From IMG/VR virus record IMGVR_UViG_3300038393_002936: a stretch of 64,000 nt of DNA, one strand, 5' to 3'. The first letter of the stretch is position 1. Each line of letters opens with the position of its first letter. Below the pieces are notes generated by a model. That model did no database searches and was not told the DNA's origin. It was given only the letters and a program-made list of their open reading frames with translations. The stretch comes from a virus. The position numbers were made by a program, and so were the translations under genes. Positions 9,480 through 16,787 of the stretch are shown here, piece by piece.

Positions 9480-9872
9480 CTACGAAGCTGATTGCCCACA
9501 CCCACATTTCTTTTCTTGAATTTCCACCAACCGGCGAACCTCGTCCCATTTTTCATCAGGGCAATTCTCGCTCCTCCAACGAGCCTTGTCCTCAACAGGA
9601 CACCCACATTTCGGATGGGCACATAATCCTTGCGGGGTAATTCGCTCGCATTCGGAGCACGCCTCGAGTCGACGAACGTACTCGTCTTCCGCTACCCCTT
9701 CAAGCCCATCCAAAATGTGCAACGAAATGGCCTTTGAGAAATTCAAAACTCGCTTTAAAAACCCGGGCAAGCACGGGCGGTCAAGTCGCCCGTCCCAATT
9801 CCTCTCACACCGCTTGCAAACAGGAGGCTCTCCTGGAACCGGAGAGAACCTACAATATATTTGGGACGCCAT
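9480..9872 (-). CDS. Cys-rich protein (DUF6171-like)
   Basis: RLEACSEC...CAHPKCGCPVEDKARW...CPDEKW. Confidence 0.6.
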   Translation of the reverse strand: MASQIYCRFSPVPGEPPVCKRCERNWDGRLDRPCLPGFLKRVLNFSKAISLHILDGLEGVAEDEYVRRLEACSECERITPQGLCAHPKCGCPVEDKARWRSENCPDEKWDEVRRLVEIQEKKCGCGQSAS

Positions 9873-10506
9873 AGTAATTCGTCATAATAGGGCACGCCGT
9901 ACCGATTGACCCGAATGACGCCGCCCCGAAAGGCAAATAGTTCCCGACCACCATCACCCAACCTTGGCCGAGTGCCTCGACCGAGGCTATGGGCGTACTC
10001 GTCGACTCGGACACGAACACCGGAGTCCCACCTGATATCGCCGCTGCTTTATTGTATCCAAGCGTTCCACACGCAAACGTCAAAGGAATATTTGTAGGGA
10101 CCGCAGCACAAACCGTAAAAGGCACGCACTCATTCACTTCCGACCCAATTACAACCCTTAAGGAGACACCAAGAAACGCCAAGAAACTATTGATGTCACC
10201 ATTGGGCCACCCAGCAACAGAATCACCTACAATAGCCAGTCGTCCGCCGTCTAAAATCCAATTTTTATAAGTTACCCAGTCGACCGGCTTAATATCGAAA
10301 GAGTAAGAACTGCCACCAGTTTGGATAAAACCCGATATATTCAGACAAACGACCATTTTACAAGCATTAATTTGACTCGGGCTTGGCACACTATTAACCG
10401 ATATGTTTTTCCCACAGTTAATCCAAAAGGCCTCTCCGATGTCGTCTCCCGCATAACCGATGGCGTCTTTATTACAACAGGGTTGACAGGGATTAAATAG
10501 TGGCAG
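9850..10506 (-). CDS. low-GC hypothetical protein (possibly virion or tail related); probable CTG start at 10506
   Basis: Frame stays open upstream of GTG 10389; GGAG SD 7 nt before CTG; N-terminal PCQPCC. Confidence 0.55.
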   Translation of the reverse strand: MPLFNPCQPCCNKDAIGYAGDDIGEAFWINCGKNISVNSVPSPSQINACKMVVCLNISGFIQTGGSSYSFDIKPVDWVTYKNWILDGGRLAIVGDSVAGWPNGDINSFLAFLGVSLRVVIGSEVNECVPFTVCAAVPTNIPLTFACGTLGYNKAAAISGGTPVFVSESTSTPIASVEALGQGWVMVVGNYLPFGAASFGSIGTACPIMTNYYGVPNIL

Positions 10507-10530
10507 AGCTACGCTCCCTCGCGGAATCGA

Positions 10531-10815
10531 TTAATTGTTGGACTCACGATTCATCGTCGCGAAAGCAACAAGTTGATTAATCACCACAGGATGGGCAACG
10601 AGTCGCCCCGCAACCTTGTACACCGTCTGCTTGGGGACTTCGAGCACCACGAGGGGCATAAAACTCCTAGCTCGTTTTAGAGCCTTGCGAATCGGACCTC
10701 GGGACGCCCGAGAGCGGGGAAGTTTGACTACTTCGTAGTCAACGAGGTGTCGGTCGGCGACGAGAGACATCCCGTAGATTCGGTCTGGGAAAAGCATCGA
10801 CGACTGGCTTGACAT
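10531..10815 (-). CDS. hypothetical protein (start uncertain)
   Basis: Part of leftward operon; start placed at internal ATG (MSSQSS). Confidence 0.45.
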   Translation of the reverse strand: MSSQSSMLFPDRIYGMSLVADRHLVDYEVVKLPRSRASRGPIRKALKRARSFMPLVVLEVPKQTVYKVAGRLVAHPVVINQLVAFATMNRESNN

Positions 10816-10910
10816 AGGCGTATTTCCGGCAGTTGACGAAGTCAACCGGACCACAGGTCCGGCAGTCGGCTCTGCCGACGGGACCGGAGGTCCGGCAGGA
10901 GAGGAGAGCA

Positions 10911-11807
10911 TTAGCGGCTCGCCAGGGCCGCCTGAACCACCCTCTTTGCACGATTCCGTTGTTCTTGAAGGTCAGGCACAAGTGCATCGTAATGCGGTTC
11001 CGTGATTGTAGGATAGGGCGACATCCCGTCCCCACCCCAACACCCGCTATCGGTGACTATGTCGGCTTCCCATTGTTCCCACGCCAATAACACTGCCTTG
11101 GCTTGCTCGAGAGCCACCAAGAAGGACTTTAGTTTCTCGACAGCTAAATCTCTCTGGGCGATGGCTTCGTCACGCTCCTTCTCTCCTTCCTGCCGGAGTT
11201 CTAGTGGCGTCTTCCCCTCTGGCCGCCTGACGATGGTCACCAGGAAGCCGGTCCCGTCCGGACAACCCATCACCATCTCCACGCAATTTTCGGCTTCACC
11301 GAGACTATCCCGGAAAGACTCGACCAACCACCGGGCAGCCCAATGCTTGAACTTGACACTCCCGTCAGCAATTTCCACGGGAATGTTTCTGAATGACTCT
11401 TCGATGCCTTCGTCGACCAGCTTCTTATAGTGGTCCCGCTGTCTGCGAAGCTCCCGAACTTCGTTCACAATATCTACCGGAGCCGTCTCTTCGTACTCGA
11501 GCCCCAAGGCTTCCAGAGCCGCCAGTGCCAAGTGCTCACAGTGCTGGGCACGGCCGACATTGTGGGCCGCCAGTTCTGCTTGGTAGGCGTCACGCTCGGC
11601 CCTCGCCGAGCCTCGCTCTTGCGTAACACGAGCAAGCTCTTCTCGGAGCTGGGTCACCTCGGCGACAGCTGAATCTCGACTTGCTCGCAACGAGGCCTTC
11701 CTGGCACCGACCGGAGCACCTATGCAAATCTCCCCGCTCACCACAGGGTTTTTAGCGAGTGGGCCGTCCGCTTCAGCGGACGGGGGAATCACGTGCTTTT
11801 TTGGCAT
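10911..11807 (-). CDS. hypothetical coiled-coil phage protein
   Basis: GAGGT RBS 9 nt upstream of ATG 11807. Confidence 0.7.
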   Translation of the reverse strand: MPKKHVIPPSAEADGPLAKNPVVSGEICIGAPVGARKASLRASRDSAVAEVTQLREELARVTQERGSARAERDAYQAELAAHNVGRAQHCEHLALAALEALGLEYEETAPVDIVNEVRELRRQRDHYKKLVDEGIEESFRNIPVEIADGSVKFKHWAARWLVESFRDSLGEAENCVEMVMGCPDGTGFLVTIVRRPEGKTPLELRQEGEKERDEAIAQRDLAVEKLKSFLVALEQAKAVLLAWEQWEADIVTDSGCWGGDGMSPYPTITEPHYDALVPDLQEQRNRAKRVVQAALASR

Positions 11808-11826
11808 CGGTGTATTACCTCAATGG

Positions 11827-12948
11827 ATGAAACTCACAGTGCAACTACAACTCCTTCCGGATACCGACCAGGCCCAGAAACTTCTGGAGACGGTCGAGCG
11901 ATTTAACGAGGCGGCCAACTGGCTGGCCGGGAAGGCGTTCGAGGCCAAACTCGCCAACAAGTTCGAACTCCAAAAGCGGTTCTACCGGGACATCCGCGAG
12001 CAGTTCGGGATTCCCGCGGACATGGCCATCCGGGTGATTGCCCAGGTGGTCGAGGCGTACAAGCGGGACAAGACTATCCGGCCTGTGTTCCGCAAGCACG
12101 CGGCCGTTCCGTACACTTACAACCGCAATTACTCGTTCAAGGGCCTGGACCGGGTCAGTCTGTCCGTGGTCCCGAGCGGTCGCGTGGTCGTCCCGTTTGT
12201 GCTCGGGGCCTACCAAAAGCAGCAATTCGGGTTCGCCAAGGGTCAGGCCGACCTTGTGCTGCGGCCGGACGGCAAATGGTTCTTGCTGGTCACGGTCGAC
12301 CTGCCTGGTGAACCACAACTGCCCATTACGGATTTCGTCGGGGTCGACCTCGGCATCGTGAACATCGTCACGACCACCGAAGGCGAATCGGTCAGTGGAG
12401 CCCACATCGAGGCCGTTCGTCGGCGGTCGGCTCGGGCCCGGCAAACCTTTCAACGGAGGAACACCCGGAACAGCCGGCGGCGACTGCGGAAGTTGTCCGG
12501 TCGGCAATCGCGATTTCAGAAGGACATTAACCACACCATAGCAAAACGGCTCGTCGCCCAGGCAAAGGCACTCGGGAAAGGTCTGGCTCTTGAAAACCTC
12601 AAGGGGATTCGGACCCGGACCGAGCGAACGGTTAACAAGACTACGCGGCGAAAGCTTTCGAACTGGTCGTTTTTTCAGCTCCGAAACTACATCACCTACA
12701 AGGCAGAACTGGCCGGCGTCCCGGTCGTCTTCGTGCCGCCCCATAACACGTCCAGGACGTGCTCCCGGTGCGGACACTGCGACAAGGGAAATCGGCCGTC
12801 CCAAGAGCGGTTCTCCTGTCTGAGTTGTCACTTCACGATTCATGCCGACCAAAACGGGGCCGCGAACATCCGTTCGCGTGCCCTAGGGGTTTTTGTCAAC
12901 AACCCTCATTTAGCGGTGGCTCAGGCCGACCGCAAGCCGCCTGCTTGA
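11827..12948 (+). CDS. tnpB: IS200/IS605-family TnpB RNA-guided nuclease
   Basis: RuvC-I GVDLG, RuvC-II ALENL, Zn finger CSRCGH...FSCLSC, RuvC-III ADQNGAANI. Confidence 0.95.
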   Translation: MKLTVQLQLLPDTDQAQKLLETVERFNEAANWLAGKAFEAKLANKFELQKRFYRDIREQFGIPADMAIRVIAQVVEAYKRDKTIRPVFRKHAAVPYTYNRNYSFKGLDRVSLSVVPSGRVVVPFVLGAYQKQQFGFAKGQADLVLRPDGKWFLLVTVDLPGEPQLPITDFVGVDLGIVNIVTTTEGESVSGAHIEAVRRRSARARQTFQRRNTRNSRRRLRKLSGRQSRFQKDINHTIAKRLVAQAKALGKGLALENLKGIRTRTERTVNKTTRRKLSNWSFFQLRNYITYKAELAGVPVVFVPPHNTSRTCSRCGHCDKGNRPSQERFSCLSCHFTIHADQNGAANIRSRALGVFVNNPHLAVAQADRKPPA

Positions 12949-12964
12949 GCTGGCGGTGGTTGAC
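11829..12964 (+). mobile_element. solo tnpB (IS1341-like) element; no tnpA and no visible left end
   Basis: Typical right end aagccgcctgcttgagctggcggtggttgac ending at 12964. Confidence 0.75.
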
Positions 12965-12984
12965 GAATCGCACTTTGGACCGCT
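12800..12984 (+). ncRNA. putative TnpB omega RNA with guide GAATCGCACTTTGGACCGCT (12965-12984); 5' boundary approximate
   Basis: gtcaac(12895)...gttgac(12959) pairing and right-end hairpin; known TnpB architecture. Confidence 0.65.
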
Positions 12985-13124
12985 CGACTCCTTCCGGCAG
13001 GGAAGGGATTATGGGGCGGCTCGCTCTTGCAGTAAACGACGATTTCGTCCTTGCCGAGTCCGACAGCCTGCATCCACGAAGTGCCATGAAGGTGGTCAGC
13101 CAGTAGTTTGCACTGTTCGTTCAC
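12921..13124 (-). CDS. small hypothetical protein whose 3' end is replaced by the tnpB insertion
   Basis: First 53 aa lie outside the element; reconstructed empty site gives ...SAIHPLR-stop at 11815. Confidence 0.6.
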   Translation of the reverse strand: MNEQCKLLADHLHGTSWMQAVGLGKDEIVVYCKSEPPHNPFPAGRSRAVQSAIRQPPPAQAGGLRSA

Positions 13125-13240
13125 CGAAGACCTCCTGAGAAGAAAGAACGCCGGAGGGGTCCCCGGCGTCTTACTCCAGCAGTCTGCCGGACAGAGTACC
13201 GCGAGTGCCTTCGGGTCACGCCCGTGGCATCGCCACCTTA

Positions 13241-13268
13241 ATTATAGTGTTACCGACAACGAACTCAA
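13241..13268 (-). promoter_or_regulatory. leftward sigma70-type promoter
   Basis: TTGAGT-N16-TATAAT preceded by ACAC, as in other promoters here. Confidence 0.55.
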
Positions 13269-13621
13269 CAGCGAACGCGAGGAAATCTTCACCGTTTTGC
13301 ATCGCAAAACGTCATCGGTCGCAAAATTTATTTTTCCATGCCCCATAAGGACTTAGGACAAAATTGCGATTTTCTCGCTGAGGCCGCATCGTTTTTGGGG
13401 CTCAATCTTAGGTATCTTTCCGGCAGAAGGAAAGAGGTGTGTGCTTCTCAAACCACTCACCTCAACCGGTTCTCAGTCCAGTCTGACCTCTCAGAAAACC
13501 TCCGAGAGAAGATTAAGAGATAAAGAAGCCCGGGGGGATATTCCGTACCGAGGGGCACTATCAACCAGCGATGTTCAGGGCGAGACTCTGAACGACTTGC
13601 GAGCTGCGAAAAAAAACGCTT

Positions 13622-14080
13622 TCAACTACGAATTGCGCCTGACATCTTCGCCGCCAAGTAGTTCTTTTCCGGCGGAATCCAGTTTGCCTGCCATCCAACT
13701 TCCATTCGCTCCAGAGTCGCCCTGACGTTGTCGAGAAGCGGGAGCATGCCGGCTGGCAACCACTTCCCCTCGCCACCAAGGAAACCAACCAGGTCCCGCG
13801 AGTCGTTGCTAATGAGGATAAACCGCGGCTCAAGGTTGTCCATCACCATCCAGTCCAGAGCCTTAAGCAAGCCGTGCAGGGCTGGCGAAAAAGAACACCT
13901 TTGTTTTCCCTTGACCGTTCCACGACCGACCTTGACTACCTGCCAGGTCGCACAGTCCCGCACGACCCAGCCGTACCGACCCCTGCCCGTCTGCGGGTCG
14001 ACGTAACCTGCGAAGTTGAGAGCGTAGTCTGTCGTGGGCATCTGTCTCTCTCTTCCCGTACCCCCGCCTTTATCCCTCAC
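13622..14080 (-). CDS. RNase HI-fold protein with degenerate active site
   Basis: FAGYVDP..GRGRYGWVVRD, NDSRDLV, WIPPEKNYLAAKMS. Confidence 0.65.
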   Translation of the reverse strand: MRDKGGGTGRERQMPTTDYALNFAGYVDPQTGRGRYGWVVRDCATWQVVKVGRGTVKGKQRCSFSPALHGLLKALDWMVMDNLEPRFILISNDSRDLVGFLGGEGKWLPAGMLPLLDNVRATLERMEVGWQANWIPPEKNYLAAKMSGAIRS

Positions 14081-14525
14081 CCCACCATCGACCAGGCTTT
14101 CTGGCTCGTTAGTGAACTAAGGAATCTGCGCACACAAGGCGGGTTAGTCGCAAGAGGTCTTCGCGTGCCTGTCGTTCGATGGCCGACAGGGTAGGGTGGA
14201 GTGGAAGGACCCGGTGGTAGTGGGGTTGTGAGGACTGCGTTGAGAGGCTGGCTCAGAGCGCAGATTCAAATGGCCCCATCCACTCCATTCTCGACACCGT
14301 CCAGGGGGTACTGGACGGCTCCTCTTAAGTCGAACCCCGGCCGGGGATATGCCCGGCTCGCGGCGACCCTGGGTAAAGCCGACATCTGCAAACCAGCAGG
14401 CCCCAATTAGCCCGCACATTATGGTCGGCGTTTTTTGGGTCGCTTGCGAATAACCCACTTCCTTAATACCCCACCGCACGGTATCACTCTATAAGGCACA
14501 CTGTCTTTGTCACGCTGGAGGCGAC

Positions 14526-14777
14526 ATGGCCCTTATCTCGCAAAAGCCCACGGTCCAGGTCCAGGCTACTTTTCAACTCGACGAGGAAGAAATGCGGGCA
14601 CTCGACGCGCTCGCCGGATATGGGACCGAAGTTTTCTTGAAAACCTTCTATGAGAAGTTAGGTCGCGAATACCTCGAACCGCACGAAAACGGCCTGCGGA
14701 AACTGTTCAAGACAGTCCGAGACGCCATTCCGGCCATCCTCGAGCGAGCCGACGAAGCCCGGAAGGCGTTTGGGTAG
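14526..14777 (+). CDS. hypothetical protein
   Basis: GGAGG RBS. Confidence 0.65.
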   Translation: MALISQKPTVQVQATFQLDEEEMRALDALAGYGTEVFLKTFYEKLGREYLEPHENGLRKLFKTVRDAIPAILERADEARKAFG

Positions 14778-14819
14778 TAGAACACTTTTCCGGCAAGGAC
14801 GCTTAATGTGGGGGATTGC

Positions 14820-15398
14820 ATGGACAACCACGCCGACTGGACGCCCGAAGCCCGTGCGTTATGGTCTACTTCCCTGCCGGAAATGGACCGGGACATCCTC
14901 GTGGGCACTGGCCATCGCCCACAAACCCTTGGTCTCCACCACGGCCCCCAAACGAACAGGTTACTGACGGAGTTCGCCCGCAAGCACCTCGAGCAGGTCC
15001 CCCGCCCTCAAGTCGTGTTGACCGGCGGTGCCCTCGGCTGGGATTTAGCCCTCTCGCACGCCGCAATCCTGTTTGGAATTCCCCTCTGGGTCGCAATTCC
15101 GCACGCGGGCTACACAGAACGGTGGCCGGAACCGGCTCGGAAACGATTCTGGGCAATTCTCGACCGAGCCAAGAAGGTCGTCCAGGTCTGCACCGGCGGG
15201 TACTCGCACGGGAAACCGCTTTCTCGCAACCGTTTTATGGTTGACATTGGAACCCGCGTTCTTGCTCTTTGCAATGGCACGGGCGAAGGTGGGACAGCTC
15301 AGTGCGTCGAATACGCTCGCCGAGTCGGACGACCAGTTTTGAACCTCTGGGAAGACTGGGAGATTTTCCGGCAGTCTGCTGATGCAACTGGGCGGTAG
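14820..15398 (+). CDS. YspA/SLOG (DUF1273-like) protein
   Basis: VGTGHRP, TGGALGWD, RNRFMVD, GGTAQCVEYA. Confidence 0.85.
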   Translation: MDNHADWTPEARALWSTSLPEMDRDILVGTGHRPQTLGLHHGPQTNRLLTEFARKHLEQVPRPQVVLTGGALGWDLALSHAAILFGIPLWVAIPHAGYTERWPEPARKRFWAILDRAKKVVQVCTGGYSHGKPLSRNRFMVDIGTRVLALCNGTGEGGTAQCVEYARRVGRPVLNLWEDWEIFRQSADATGR

Positions 15399-15411
15399 TT
15401 CCGGCAGGGAA

Positions 15412-15590
15412 GCTTAATAGGGGGGATTGGATGGACAACTACCAGGACTGGACCCCCGAAGCCCGCACACTCTGGTTTACTTCCCTGCCGGAAACAGACC
15501 ATCGCCCGCAAACTCTTGGGCTCCAGCACGGTCCCCAGACAAGCAGGCTCCTCGTCATCAAGTCGTAACGACTGGCCGGGTAGTATTCAG
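15412..15590 (+). pseudogene. degenerate tandem copy of the SLOG gene 5' end
   Basis: MDNYQDWTPEARTLWFTSLPE..HRPQTLGL vs MDNHADWTPEARALWSTSLPE..HRPQTLGL; deletions, stop at 15568. Confidence 0.8.
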
Positions 15591-15815
15591 CGTCAGCAGG
15601 TTAACAAAACGAAAGCTCGGATTTTCCGGCCGGCTATTTTTGCCCGTGGAGCAATTGTGATGTCTTGGACTCGATTCAGGACTACTCACGAAGGTTCGCT
15701 TCGCTCACCGGAATAGGTTCCGTTCTCGAGGACACATCTCCCTCTCCTGCCGGAAAGAATTTTCAACTCTTGGGAGCGCTCTTACGAGCCCCGCTCGTGT
15801 TGGCGGAGCCAACTG

Positions 15816-16073
15816 GTGTATGACCCATTAGGACCGCACCCAGGGGGCCGTATGCCAATCCAACTGCCGCAAACTATTACGTGGGAAGTCTGGAAACGAC
15901 TTCGCCGCAAAAACAAGCGGCCGGGGGATTGGTTGTGCGTAGCCGAATTTTCGGCCCGTCGCTGGCAGTTCGCGCTCAAGCTAAAAGCCCGACTGGTCGC
16001 CCGCGGTTATGAGGTGGTCCTACGGCAAATCACCGTAAGTAGCGAAGAGCGGATTCCCGCAAAGGCGACCTAA
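15816..16073 (+). CDS. hypothetical basic protein
   Basis: ORF abuts next gene. Confidence 0.45.
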   Translation: MYDPLGPHPGGRMPIQLPQTITWEVWKRLRRKNKRPGDWLCVAEFSARRWQFALKLKARLVARGYEVVLRQITVSSEERIPAKAT

Positions 16074-16352
16074 ATGTGGACGTTGCATGTCGTTGCTTTT
16101 GGTGTTTCCGCCCTGGCCGGGCTTGCGGCCCTGCTCAGGTCCGATACGGCAATGACCCGCAAAACGGTCGCCGCTCACGTGCTGAACGCGGGCGTACTTG
16201 GGCTCGGTATCAGCCTCGTGTGGTATTCTCAGTTTCGTGATAACGTCCACCTGCTCGTCGGACTGTGCGTCATCGTGGGACTGGGCGGGATGTCGAGTGT
16301 CGAGTTCTTCACGAACTTGGCCCGTAATTTTATGAGCTTGGGGAAAAAGTGA
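16074..16352 (+). CDS. putative holin-like membrane protein
   Basis: 92 aa, three TM segments, basic C-terminus. Confidence 0.5.
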   Translation: MWTLHVVAFGVSALAGLAALLRSDTAMTRKTVAAHVLNAGVLGLGISLVWYSQFRDNVHLLVGLCVIVGLGGMSSVEFFTNLARNFMSLGKK

Positions 16353-16693
16353 TGAAACGGCATGTTGGGCGGGCCATCGGCTACACCGCCTTGGCAGGCG
16401 TTTGTTTTGTAGTCTCCCGGACCATTTGGCCCACGGAAGGCCTGGGCGTCAGCTTGGCTCTCTTTCTGCTCGTATCTCTTGTTGCCGAAACGATTTTGCC
16501 GGCTCTCTTCCCGCACCCGGACGACGCCGGGCATTTGGCCCTGAGTCGCGTTTTTTCGCTGGCGGGGCCGTGCAGTCGAGGACCGAGCCCAGAGCCCTGG
16601 CGGCCCATTGCCCTCCTGGCGGTCGGCGTCTTTATTGTGCTGTTGGGTTTCGTCCTCACTTCGCACGCGGTCGCTCTCAAGGCTGCCGGTTGA
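16349..16693 (+). CDS. membrane protein
   Basis: Three hydrophobic segments; GTGA overlap. Confidence 0.55.
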   Translation: MMKRHVGRAIGYTALAGVCFVVSRTIWPTEGLGVSLALFLLVSLVAETILPALFPHPDDAGHLALSRVFSLAGPCSRGPSPEPWRPIALLAVGVFIVLLGFVLTSHAVALKAAG

Positions 16694-16726
16694 TTCACAT
16701 TTTGCCCGCCAAACGGGCGAAGCCCC

Positions 16727-16755
16727 TTGACCTACACTGTAATAAACTCTAGAAT
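16727..16755 (+). promoter_or_regulatory. sigma70-type promoter
   Basis: TTGACC-N17-TAGAAT. Confidence 0.65.
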
Positions 16756-16787
16756 AGCGTTAAAGGCCGCACTCTGGAGTTATCGAT

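Noticed and set aside
12965-13005. Dispersed motif as the TnpB guide target
   Set aside because: The motif at 12993 begins 28 nt past the right end, outside a typical 16-20 nt guide
14300-14360. tRNA- or tmRNA-like GGGGTTCGACT on the minus strand
   Set aside because: No complementary T-stem 3' arm, acceptor stem or CCA; no tmRNA 5' end
14801-15590. Duplicated segment as a DGR template/variable repeat pair
   Set aside because: Differences are not adenine-specific, include deletions, and there is no reverse transcriptase in the window
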